A stretch of 64,000 nucleotides of DNA from assembly GCF_006345805.1 (NCBI RefSeq), contig NC_042999.1:49414001-49478000 (forward strand), in the 5' to 3' direction. This document shows positions 1-12,480 of the stretch, one piece after another. Position numbers and translations under genes: made by a program. The notes beneath the pieces are model-generated. The model was not told the origin of the DNA. It saw only the letters and a list, made by a program, of their open reading frames with translations, and made no database searches. The DNA comes from Octopus sinensis (taxonomy: Eukaryota). Position 1 is the stretch's first letter; every line of letters begins with the position of its first letter.

Positions 1-596
1 TTTAAAATGTCTTTAGCATTGAGCAAAATATTAGAGTTCATGTCGAGGTACAGGTCAGGAAGTATGCATCCTTGAGGAAATTCCGGATGCAAATACAATG
101 AACTGGGATGCTAAGCGTTAGGCAGCCCATATGTAGTATTATTCTACTCAGCTTTCAAGATGTTCATCTGCGATCCAGGTTTATTAGACGTTCAATATAA
201 CATTGATAACATGATTATAGTAGTAATCTATCGAAGTAATCTCAATTAAATTCTATGTTAATTAGTTATGATGTTCCGGCTTCAAAGGACCGAATTTTTT
301 ACGTCTTAGTCCAGCAACAGAAGCTGTAATGAGTACGTTATGTCATACCATTCCATCTCACATTGAAGTAAATTATTCCGACACTACGAGGCTTGGCTGT
401 GAGTTTGAGTTTTCTATACTGCTGCGAAACGATAATGTAAACTCCGAGCTATGACGGAGAAACCCATCTTAGTTTCCAATAAATGATTAAACACAATGAC
501 TAGTACTGAGTAGATTCGTCTCTCGTTTCTTTAACCAAATCGACAATATTAGTTTGTATAAATTGTATAAGTTTGTATTTCTATCTTTGTATGTGT

Positions 597-640
<44 letters not shown>

Positions 641-835
641 TGTGTGTGTGTATCTCCGTGTCTGTGTTAATTAAAGAAATCCTAACAGATTTTCATGTTT
701 AATTTTTGTATGTTTTACAATTTTACAAACGTGAAACTCAGAATATGTTGAAATTTCATTGACTAATATATCTACATAATCATACATACATGCGTACATA
801 CATGCATAGACGCGTACATCATATATATATATATA

Positions 836-886
<51 letters not shown>

Positions 887-1069
887 GTGTGTGTATGATA
901 TGATATATATATATATACTCATCATATATATATATACATCATATATATTTATATATATAAATATATGCATCATATATATATATATACATATGCATACACA
1001 CATGTATATGTATATATAAACACACACATGCATATGCATATGTAAGCTTTATGTAATGAAGGTATTATT

Positions 1070-1153
1070 GGTCTGATGAGTAGCTTGCGGTCTAATCCTC
1101 CTTTGGATGATATCTACTTCTGAGATTCCGCTATCTATGAAACATGTGTAGCC
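1070..1153 (+). ncRNA. Type I hammerhead ribozyme candidate with long stem II
   Basis: ggt CTGATGA gtag..gcgg..atcc/ggat..ccgc..ctat GAAAC ATGT GTA gcc. The core is canonical but stem I is only 3 bp. Confidence 0.55.
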
Positions 1154-1212
1154 TGAATTTTATCCACACCATTCCCTAATTTTGTATTGTATATATATAT
1201 TATATATCATAT

Positions 1213-1246
<34 letters not shown>

Positions 1247-1412
1247 TGTGTGTGTGTGTGTGTATTATGTATATCGTTACTATTATGTTAACTACAGTAT
1301 GTCCAAATTTGGCCAACGGTTTTTCTATGGAATTGTGAAACTATTTTTTCGTTTTCTGAAAAGCAAACTTTTATACTTACGACACTTTTGCATAATAGCA
1401 ACGATATTATAT

Positions 1413-1459
<47 letters not shown>

Positions 1460-1482
1460 TATGTATATATATATATTATTAT

Positions 1483-1516
<34 letters not shown>

Positions 1517-1531
1517 ATGTATGTATGTTGT

Positions 1532-1571
<40 letters not shown>

Positions 1572-1592
1572 TAGATAGATAGATAGATAGAT

Positions 1593-1626
<34 letters not shown>

Positions 1627-1892
1627 CAATAGATAGATAGATAGTAGATAGATAGATAGATAGATAGATAGATTAAGATAGATAGATAGATAGATAGATA
1701 GAGATGGAGATATATGTAGATATAGTAATAATTAAGTATTTTGGGGATGGGGAGTGCTGCATACATAATCATCCCATGGGATTACTATGAAAGACAGGAA
1801 TAACAAGCGGTAACTAGCAATAAGTAGTATAGGAGCTTTTACAAGACCACTTGGAGTCATATATATATATGATAGATCGGTAGCCACTACAC

Positions 1893-2320
1893 ATGTTTAT
1901 TTTTCTCTCCTGTTTTTTCTCTCCTTGTTTCTTTCAGTGTTCCTTTCTGTGGAAGAGCGTAGGCTCGAAACGTAAAAGACTTTTTTCAATTCACGAACGT
2001 TATACTAATATATCTGTTCGTTTTCTACACCACCTGTCTTCGTCTTTTGATGGGTTTTTTCGTGAAATCTCCCCCCCCCCTATATATATATATGAAACGA
2101 TCGTAGTGTTATACTCATTATCTTTTTTTAATAATTTTGATATATATTTAAAATAATATAAATTAATTAATCTTATGTATTGGCTTAAGTTTTTCATTGT
2201 ATGATTTGCCTAATAGTGGTTTTATCTCTAATTTAATATAATATAATATTTTACTATAAAATTGGATTCAATCCTAAATCTGATTTTTTCCCTGTAAGTT
2301 TGGATTTATTCCCTATATTT

Positions 2321-2325
<5 letters not shown>
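1893..2325 (+). mobile_element. Penelope-like terminal-repeat fragment(s) between (TA)n tracts
   Basis: Contains the hammerhead at 1943-1978. Homologous in reverse orientation to 8215-8530; 2200-2320 also matches 7670-7790. Confidence 0.65.
1943..1978 (+). ncRNA. Minimal hammerhead motif, variant core CUGUGGA (Penelope-like terminal repeat)
   Basis: cttt CTGTGGA a gagc gtag gctc GAAAC GTA aaag. Confidence 0.6.
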
Positions 2326-2375
<50 letters not shown>

Positions 2376-2979
2376 GGGATATATATATAATGTATATATG
2401 AAATAGATATATATATATATAGATATAGATTATATATACATATATACCCATGCATACGTGTGTGTGTGCGTGTGTATTGTAACAGCCCATTATCGTTGCG
2501 TTCACGCCACTCACGTAATTATCCCTCAAACTCTAATAAATTGAATAGCATCTTTCAACTGTTAAAAGAACTTCTCCATTCATTTTCACTTCCTACATCG
2601 TTTTACTCTTCAATTGACAATGCTAATTTTCTCTTCTAGTCGTCGCCTTTCGAGACAAATCTGTCTCTGCGACCAAGCAACCATTACTAACCAAATACCG
2701 AAGCTTTCTATAGAAAATATAATTAGTTTGTTTGGAATAGATCATTCTTATTTTTATCTAATTTCCCACATTTTGTTCTTTTTGTAGTTAACATAAATAA
2801 TTTTTTTTAAATGCATATTAACAACACTTTTGGGTTTTTTTATCTATTGGGCTTGCTTGTAATTAATTTATATTTACTATTGTTATTATTATTATTTATA
2901 TTATCAGAAATCCTTTATTATTACTTAATTTTTATTATCAGTATTTATTATTATTATTATTGTTGTTGTTCTTTTTATT

Positions 2980-3014
2980 TTTATTTTTATTAGTAGTAGT
3001 AGTAGTTATAGTAA

Positions 3015-3047
<33 letters not shown>

Positions 3048-3345
3048 CAGCAGTTGTTATTATTATTATTATTATTTTTTATTATCATTATCATTATTAT
3101 TATTATTATCATCATCATCATGAACATCGTCTTTAATATCGCCTTACTTATCCTCAACATCAACACCATCAGCATTATTATGTTCCTCGTCGTTGCCGTC
3201 ATCCTCATGGTCATCCTCATTATTATTATTATTATCGCCATCAACACCCACCTCCTCCTCCTTCACTCCATCATCATTAAAATCATCATCATCATCATCA
3301 TCGTCGTCGTCGTCATCATCATTATGGCATTTGTTGTTGATGTAG
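2980..3345. repeat. Compound trinucleotide microsatellite (TAG/CAG/TTA/CAT/CGT)
   Basis: Direct inspection. Confidence 0.95.
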
Positions 3346-4816
3346 TTGTAGTTTCGTAACGATTGCTTTCTCCAAGTAACCAATCGATGACATTTTATCG
3401 TTTTGCTTCGTTTAACATTGAAGTTTTCTCTTTGAAACTTTTAGATTAATATTGTAATAAACCATTGTATTCAGTGTGTATTTGAGAATCTTAACGTTGT
3501 TGCAGTTTTTCTATACTTTTTTTTCCATACTGCCAAGAAAACAGTGAAAACAGCAGCAACATAAACAACCAGTTGACCAATTCAAACTACATGAATGTTT
3601 TGTATTATAAGATTTTGCTTTATTTCGATAATAATTCTGCCAGAATCCCACTTTTTATTTTGTTATTTAGTTATTATTGGCTAGAACAATATTTTAGAAG
3701 TCACAGCTATATCAATATAAGTCAATTTGCTTAAGAATATTCTTGGAAGAATGATGCTAAAATATATTGACTGGATAAGCAAAAAATAATGTTTTCAGCT
3801 TCCTTGGCATTGAATTGAAAATATTTGGAAAGATAGAGAAAGCTAATATAATTCTTGCTATGATATAATTAATTTCATTTTATTTTGAATTATATATACA
3901 CACACATACTTACAGATTACATAGAAAACTAAATATATGTTTGTACGCGTGTGTCTCTGTCTGTGTTTGTGTGTTCAATTATGCATGTGTCTATATGTAT
4001 GTGCCGTGACTTGTATTCATGTGTGCGCATCTTTATAAAATATCACGTATAGAGCAACAGCTATCGACCCTGTGCCATAGTTTATGCTCCATGCTAATGG
4101 TTTATCGTCCATTCTCTACAGAAAATAAATTAAGAATAAAATAAATTTTATTCTCTGATAATAACAAAGATGATGCTGCAAGGTCGCAAGCGAAAGTAAC
4201 AGGCTGCGACCTCTGTGCAAAAGGCTATGATGATATAAAAATATATAAAATATATAAAATAAATTTCAAAACTCTAACCATGGACTGAATTACGTTAGCC
4301 GATGATATTTTTATGAGAGCGCAAAAAAAAAATGCTACTTAAAGAATACCACAAATAAAATAACCACCACAAACAGAAAAGCCACCACGAGCCAACGTTC
4401 AAGTCAGCACGTTATTTTCCAATCTGACATAACTGGCAAGCAAATTTCACACAGCTCTCGGCCTATTAAAGTAAGAAAGAACGTCATACTATAATCGTTG
4501 TTACACTTTGTAAAACGAAAGACAAAAGCATGTCTCCTCATAGAGCCGAACAATCACGGTTAACTTGCATCTGAATAGTAATTTCATGAAAGCTAGCAAA
4601 GAAAGACTCGATTCATCTCTCGTTTACTACTAGAATCAAATATATCTGCTGTTAGGGAAGGCGGGGAAGAGCATGATTTCAGCGGGATATATTTTCTTTG
4701 ACTTACACACAAATATATGTTGTCGCCAAATGTATGGCATTTCGAAGCAGCATGTCATGGTTTATGGATGAAATCAGTGCTTTATGGACAGAAGAAATAG
4801 ATATATATTCATGGCT

Positions 4817-4870
<54 letters not shown>

Positions 4871-4871
<1 letters not shown>

Positions 4872-5233
4872 CTTTTACTCATTTACTTGTTTCAGTCATT
4901 TGACTGCGGCCATGCTGGAGCACCGCCTTTAGTCGAGCAACTCGACCCTAGAACTTATTCTTTTGTAAGCCTAGTACTTATTTTATCTGATCTTTTTGCC
5001 GAACCGCTAGGTTACGGGGACGTAAACACACCAGCATCGGTTGGCAAGCAATGTTGGAGGGACAAACACAGACACAAACACACACATACACACATATATA
5101 CATATACATATATACGACAGGCTTCTTTCAACAAGGATTTGGTTGGCCAGAGGCTATAGTAGAAGACACATGCCCAAAGTGAACCCGGAACCATGTGGTT
5201 GGTAAACAAGCTACTTACCACACAGCCACTCCT
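4871..5233 (-). mobile_element. SINE family A copy
   Basis: Reverse complement of 35010-35405. Confidence 0.85.
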
Positions 5234-5380
5234 CAGAATAGTGAATCTCGAAGCACAGGTAGTGCTATAAATGGAAATTTTATACGTGCTTGTCGAACCA
5301 CTATTCCGAAAGAGAATTATTTTGCGTTCTCTCGAAAGTTTATAAAAAATATATTATGAGGTCAATAATGTGTATGTATA

Positions 5381-5394
5381 TGCGCGCGCGCGCA

Positions 5395-5430
<36 letters not shown>

Positions 5431-5438
5431 TGCGTGCG

Positions 5439-5479
<41 letters not shown>

Positions 5480-5489
5480 GTGTGTGTGT
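5381..5489. repeat. Alternating purine-pyrimidine tract (GC)n/(GT)n, Z-DNA prone
   Basis: gcgcgcgcgcgc followed by about 90 bp of (GT)/(GC). Confidence 0.8.
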
Positions 5490-6669
5490 ACTCTTCCCTT
5501 AGGGCTTGAGATTAGTGTTCCGTCTTTAATGCTTGGAGTTTTAACAGTTTTCATATCAAATCTCGTCAAAGTAAACAAATCTGTACTCCAGCTTCCATGA
5601 ATCGATAAAAAGTATTTCTTATAAAAGTAACACTAATTATGCCATTGTAAGCTGCAGAAATTTTCGAGCTCGGCACGAATCTTTCACCAGTTAGGTATGC
5701 TGCTTTCGTTCTAAGCTCCAATTCCCATAAGATGATCCTCAGTCTTTGGGTTTTGCGAAATATATTTATAAATCAAGTCCGGAGGAAGTACACACCATAT
5801 TGTATGGCCTATTGCCAAAGATAGTAATCAATAATATATTGTAGTTTTGTTGCAGACAAATATTCATGGGATAAAAAGACTATAACGCCTAACACTTGAT
5901 AAAAACAAACCTATAAGCAGCTACTATCTATGATACTATGAGAGATGAAGCAGAAAATTTGTGTTGGAGCACAAATATAACTTAGTGATTGGAAAGGAGC
6001 TAAGTTCCAGTTAAGATCGAATGTATGCATGAGCCTTAAAAGTTATCTTTATTATTCTATGTCGATGGATTCTTAGCCTCTAGTCAACCCTAATGTAGCA
6101 GAGCTATGATCAAAGGAATTCCAGATATAATTATACCACATATTTATATCTAGGATTAAATTTTCCGATAAGTCGATCCATTGTTTAAGTTTATTTGGGT
6201 GTGATTTTAGAGAGATTTTGATACTATTTTTAAACATTGACGAATTCCACTGAAATCTATTCTTTGGTTTGCAAAGTTTAATATATTTTACTTCCTTTTA
6301 TATTTCCTTCTTGTGTGCGTGGTAAAGGAAAATAATAATGTCGTAGACAGACATTCGTAAGACAAGGAGAAATATTACTATGTGACACAAATAAATTTCG
6401 TCCGTGTTGCTTTCATCATTTCTCTCTTTCTCCTCTCGTAGTCACTTCGACGTGGCTGTTCCGATCGAGTGGAATTTACAACTATTTGTTTTAACTCAAA
6501 TCTCCTCTAGCTGATTAACGACGCACAGCTGCATCCGATATATTGCGAGCAGGGGAACGAATCCCTACCATTTCTAGCCATGGGACCAGCATACCAGTTT
6601 TGTTCGTGGTATTCTGACTCTCTTCAGTACTGGACACCACGTCTGCTAAAGATGGGCAGGAGCTCTCAA

Positions 6670-6705
<36 letters not shown>

Positions 6706-6729
6706 TATTATATATATTATATATATATA

Positions 6730-6773
<44 letters not shown>

Positions 6774-7064
6774 AATATTATATATATATACACACACATT
6801 ATGACAGTTATATACAGTCACACATACAGGCACTCATTCATAAAAGAAATCAATTAAACCCACCATTCTTTTTGACCTGCACCCTCTAACCTCACTATTC
6901 TTATGCCTCCGTCCTCCTACTTCGTTTGAACCCTTGAACCTTTAGATCCTTCTAGATTCTTCTACATTCAGCCACTCTGACGTCACTTCTTATAAACAGA
7001 CACTCATTATCGCCATGGGCTCATTGAGAGCAGTCAGCTACAGGTTTTTTGTGCATTTGATGTC

Positions 7065-7178
7065 GACATAAGTTCCTTGCCTTTCCTGATGAGAAATCTG
7101 CATAATGTACTCCTTATTCCTTCGGAATTAGGAATATGCAGCCTTCGAAACATATGTCGAAAATAAAGGAAATATGTT
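7065..7178 (+). ncRNA. Type I hammerhead ribozyme, apparently intact
   Basis: tttc CTGATGA [long stem II incl. ctgcata/tatgcag, tcct/agga] GAAAC ATAT GTC gaaa. Stem I is extended: ttcctt/aaggaa and gacata/tatgtt with a 3x3 internal loop. Predicted cleavage after 7158. Confidence 0.85.
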
Positions 7179-7216
7179 AACAAGTCGTTCAACTCCATTC
7201 TTCCATAAACTTAATA

Positions 7217-7280
<64 letters not shown>

Positions 7281-7737
7281 GCAGGTTGAAAAGAACACAC
7301 GAGTTGATATATAAGGAAACAAAGTCAAGGTAGAAAATGCTAATATAATTTTATAAAAAACATTTCAGTACCCGTTTCAGTCATTGAGACTTTTCAATTG
7401 TAAGTATGCAAAACAATTAAATTTTGGAAAAATCAAAAGAAAAGTTTTTAAAAGTATGTTTGCATAGTATTTAAATACAAGGGGCATTTTCCTTATTTCT
7501 GCCTGTCTCTGTCTCTCTGTTTATTCCATTTTTACTAAGGTAACTATATATTATACATATATATTTATATATTATCTTATATGTAGATATATTTATATAT
7601 ATATATGTAATTATATATATATATATATAATATATATTATATATATATATATATAAATAATAAATATTAGGGAATAAATCCAAATTTCAGGGAAAAAATC
7701 AGATTTAGGATTAAATCTATTTTATAGTAAAATATTA

Positions 7738-8052
7738 TAAAATATTATCGAGACAAAACCACTATTTTGCAAAAAAACAGGGAAAGACTAATCAATACAT
7801 AAAATTTAATAAATAGTCAAAAAAACCGCCACTACAATCGTTTCTTATCTTGATCGACAATCTTCAGGTGGACTTCCAATAATTCAGTGTCAAAGTTCAT
7901 AATTTGACACTGAATTATGGAAGTCCACCTGAAGATTGTCGATCAAGACAAGAAACGATTGTGTGGCGGGTTTTTTGACTATTTATTAAAATTTATGTAT
8001 TGATTAAGTCTTTCCTTGTTTGTTTTGCAAAATAGTGGTTTTGTCTCGAATA

Positions 8053-8060
<8 letters not shown>
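7738..8060. repeat. Fold-back inverted repeat, arms about 157 bp, 8-nt loop
   Basis: 7738-7894 is the reverse complement of 7903-8060 with few mismatches. Confidence 0.95.
7829..7871 (-). ncRNA. Type I hammerhead ribozyme in the left arm of a fold-back element
   Basis: Minus strand: ccac CTGAAGA ttgtc gatcaa gataa GAAAC gatt GTA gtgg; all core nucleotides are present. The mirror copy at 7925-7966 (+) lacks the cleavage-site A. Confidence 0.75.
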
Positions 8061-8094
<34 letters not shown>

Positions 8095-8146
8095 GTATAT
8101 ATATATAATATATGTATATATATAGTATATATATAATATATATATA

Positions 8147-8178
<32 letters not shown>

Positions 8179-8214
8179 CCATTATATATATTATATATAT
8201 ATATTATATGACGG

Positions 8215-8689
8215 GAAGGTTTACGAAAAAAACAAAAGACGAAGGCAGGTGAGTACAAACGAATGTATTAGTATGGCGCTCAAGAAAAGAAATAGAACAA
8301 GTCTTTTACGTTTCGAGCCTACACTCTTCGACAGAAAGATACACAGAAAAAAAACAAGGAGAGAAACAAGGAGAGAAAAAAATGCGTGTAGGAGCTAACG
8401 ATCTATCATGGCGGGAGTAAATCCAAACTTGCAGGGAAAAATTAGATTTAGGATTAAATCTAATTTCACAGTATAAATATAAATTAAATTGGAGATAAAA
8501 CCACTATTAGGCAAATCAAACAGGGAAAAACATAAAAATTATATAAAATATAAAATTTAATTTTAAAATTAATAATTTATATTTAAAATTAAGTTTTTTT
8601 AATATATATAACTATCAAAAAGTATTAAAAAGTTTAATATAAGATAAAAATTAAAACCACTACGTACGTTTCATGCCCATAACCCAATT

Positions 8690-8690
<1 letters not shown>
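8215..8690 (-). mobile_element. Penelope-like terminal-repeat fragments (two modules)
   Basis: Hammerhead at 8302-8339 plus a hammerhead 3' half (minus strand GAAAC GTAC GTA gtgg, about 8656-8672); homologous to 1893-2325 and 7670-7800. Confidence 0.6.
8302..8339 (-). ncRNA. Minimal hammerhead motif, variant core CUGUCGA
   Basis: Minus strand: tcttt CTGTCGA a gagt gtag gctc GAAAC GTA aaaga; same family as 1943-1978. Confidence 0.6.
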
Positions 8691-8722
<32 letters not shown>

Positions 8723-10140
8723 GCATGTATGTATATAAGAGAGAGGGGAGAGTATTTTATGATTTTCATATTTAATAATATCGGCCCCTGACATGATTTT
8801 TGTATGTACACTCAGTGATCTTCATAATCAATGAAACCATTAACAAAAAGTGATACAAAAATAGTATAAATCCTTACCAAGCGCGCCCGTTCTTAGCACT
8901 ATAAAGGCACATACGGAGCTGTAAACTATTATTTATATGACAAGCATTTTGACGAGTACTTACAAATATAACATTATGCGTTTGTGCATGTACATATATT
9001 TATATATATATCGACATGTGTGTCTCAATGTGGAAAAAGAACATTTATCTATCTATCGTGTTATCTGTTTCCATTTCGTAGTGATATCGTTAACATTCTT
9101 GCAGGATCTGCACATATTACCAGTGTAGCTTGTAATACACTTTTCGTTGGAAGAATACCTTAAAAGGCATTAGATAACAGCTATTATCATAGACATCTAC
9201 CAAATCATCGATCCAACACGAAATCCTCAAAGGAACCTGAAGGCATTTGATATCTATTACATCGTGAATTTGTACTCGATAATAGTCAGTTTCATTTAAA
9301 ATTTGATGAATCATAATCTCCAAGTGATGAGTCAACTTTGATCTCTAGAAATACATCACCGTTATCATCGTTTTCATATCTGATTTTAAACAAAACCAAA
9401 TGAACTACTCATAAACCCAAAAGCTTACACATGGATTCACGAACAACTACACACACAAACAACTACACTCACTATGCACACACACACACACACACAGCAC
9501 ATAAATGAACACAATCTGAAATACCGGGATCGAAATAACAGGTTAACATCCTTCAAAATAATGCCCTAGCATGACCGGAGCAACCTCAAATTTAAAATTC
9601 TTTCGGGAATAAGCATGACGCAATTTGTGAGTTCGCATCAATTTAGGCGAAGATATAAATTTCAGTAACGATTAATACATTGTTATAGGCTGGTGTTCCT
9701 TATTACTAATGTCTTCTTCCAATCAAGACTCACGCCATTAGCCACAAAGAATAATCTCTAATTCGAGCCTACTCTAAGCTACTAAGAATGCGTGTGGCAA
9801 CTTGAAGATCCACCCACCACACGGCTAGAGTGGCCGCTGCACGGGCGCGAAAGCTACGATGTTATCCTCATTCCGTAACCGGTGGCTTTTAACGGGTGCA
9901 GAGCTGAACCATCCTGGGGTACAGAAGATTCGCAATCTAGACTAGGGTCTGAAAGTTTACCACACCATAGTGGGTTACACCATGGTTCCTCTGCTTTGTG
10001 GCAGAAGCAGGAAGAAAGAGTGAGAGAAAGTTGTGGTGAAAGGGTACATATATATACATATGTATATATATTTATACATATATGTGTATCTATATATATA
10101 CATACACACATACATATATGTAAATATAGATATATATGTG

Positions 10141-10173
<33 letters not shown>

Positions 10174-10174
<1 letters not shown>

Positions 10175-10481
10175 GAGGCGCAATGACCCAGTGGTTAGGG
10201 CAGCGCACACGCGGTTGTAGGATCGTGGTTTCGATTCCCAGACCGGGCGTTGTAAGTGTTTATTGAGCGAAAACACCTAAAAGCTCCACGCGGCTCCGGC
10301 AGGGGGTGGTGGCGATCCCTGCTGTACTCATTCGCCACAACTTTCTCTCACTCTTTCTTCTGTTGGTCTGCTCACTTAGCCAGGGGGGTGGCGTCATTTG
10401 AAGGCTAAACAATACGAAACGCATTGTGACCAGCGATGCGTAGCAGCATCTGATAGCCTGGTCGGTCACGTGATCACGGTG

Positions 10482-10483
<2 letters not shown>
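10174..10483 (+). mobile_element. tRNA-headed SINE family C
   Basis: A box tgacccagtggttagg, B box ggtttcgattccc, non-tRNA body, end gtcacgtgatcacggtgat. Confidence 0.75.
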
Positions 10484-10554
<71 letters not shown>

Positions 10555-10881
10555 GCATATACATTTATATATATATATATATATGTATATGCATATGTAT
10601 ATATACATATATGGAGGGGCTAGCAATTGAGTTAACGTTAGAATTACCATTCAACCACACACACACACACAACACACGCATGTGATCTCTTGAGCACCAC
10701 CAGCAAAAATATTTTTTTCCTCTGTCTTCCCTTCTCGGGGCCTTTCATTCTCCTTTGTTCCGACGAAGAGCTCCGCCTTAACGTTAGACCACCTTCCCTT
10801 CTTTCCTGAGCGTCAAATAATACTTTAATTGTTCCACGTCCGCGTGCTTGTGTGTTTTTTTCTGTGTTTTCTTGTTTGGAT

Positions 10882-10961
<80 letters not shown>

Positions 10962-11572
10962 CATTGCAGTATTTTCATGTTCCCTTAGTTTTAGCCACTA
11001 CGAAAACTTCATTGTGTTATAGCTCTCGAAGCATGTAATCATTCATGGATTATCGAACACCCTACAAACATGTTTAACACAAAGTATATTTTTATATAAA
11101 TTTATAAACTATTAAATCCTATTTTATTATAATCCACCTTCCTTTAAATTGATTTTAAAAACTTTTATGTTCGCGGTGGATATTTGAGAACTTTGTAAAT
11201 TTCTTTTTTACAGGCAAATAATTCGCATCAAAATTCTCTATGTTTCGGCTCCATCTGTTACTTTCCAGTATTAATTTCTATATTCCTATAGATTTGTATA
11301 GAAACAATAAGTTTCGGTTAAGGCGTTCTCTGTACCGTTCCATTGTGGCAGCATCACGCCAGATATTTTTACTGAACTATAAACACGACATTTTGTCAGG
11401 CCGCTCTGTATTTATTTATCTATCTATCTATCATTCCGCATGTCTTTCTGTTTATCTATCTAACTATTTATCTATCATCTATGTATCTATCTATTTCTCT
11501 CTCTCTCCCTCTCTCTCGATATATAATATATATATATATATATATTTATTTATTTATATATCTATATATATA

Positions 11573-11695
<123 letters not shown>

Positions 11696-11706
11696 ATAGA
11701 TAGATA

Positions 11707-11915
11707 TTCTTTTACTCTTTTACTTGTTTCAATCATTTTACTGCGGTCATGCTGGAGTACCGCCTTCAGTCGAACGAATCGACACCAAAACTTATTCTTT
11801 GTAATCCTAATACTTATTGTATCGGTCTCTTTGCCGAACCGCTAAGTTACGGGGACGTAAACACACCAACTTCGGTCCTCAAGCGATGGTGCGGGGACAA
11901 ACACAGACACACAAA
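11707..11915 (-). mobile_element. SINE family A tail half
   Basis: Matches 4871-5075. Confidence 0.8.
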
Positions 11916-12089
11916 TACATACATACATATATATATATATACACATACAGCATATATAAAGATAGATAAACAGATAGATAGATACATACTACATACATAC
12001 ATATGCGTATCTATGTATCTATCTATCGTTATATATATTTATAAAATGATAGATCGATACACAAACAGACAGCTAGCTAGCTAGCTAAC

Positions 12090-12169
<80 letters not shown>

Positions 12170-12444
12170 TACATTCATACATTATATAGCCGTGTTTGTC
12201 TCTGCATCTGTTAGTGTGGTGTGTGTGTGTGTGTGTGTGTGTAAGTATCTATGCATTAATGTATCAATTTGCGTGGTTACGTACGATGTTATAACAATTG
12301 AAATCTTTTGTTTTAGCACAACATAATATAATGCATTATATCTGAAAATATGAATTAACTCTATAATGAGATGATATAAACGTAAATGTGTACTCTTGTC
12401 TTATTTATTTATTCGTATAATATATACATTTATATAATGCATGT

Positions 12445-12480
<36 letters not shown>

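Noticed and set aside
4181-4212. 8-bp stem aggtcgca/tgcgacct with a GAAA-containing loop
   Set aside because: Single short hairpin; the upstream CTGATAA does not complete a ribozyme.
6560-6632. Minus-strand CTGAAGA...GAAATGGTA
   Set aside because: Stem I cannot form and the base of stem II is unpaired.
9117-9335. 72-aa minus-strand ORF with protein-like composition
   Set aside because: No recognisable motif or splice structure; it needs a database search.
10174-10250. tRNA-like sequences (also 35010, 37930-37990, 44465-44522)
   Set aside because: They are SINE heads: A/B boxes without a complete cloverleaf, continuing into SINE bodies.
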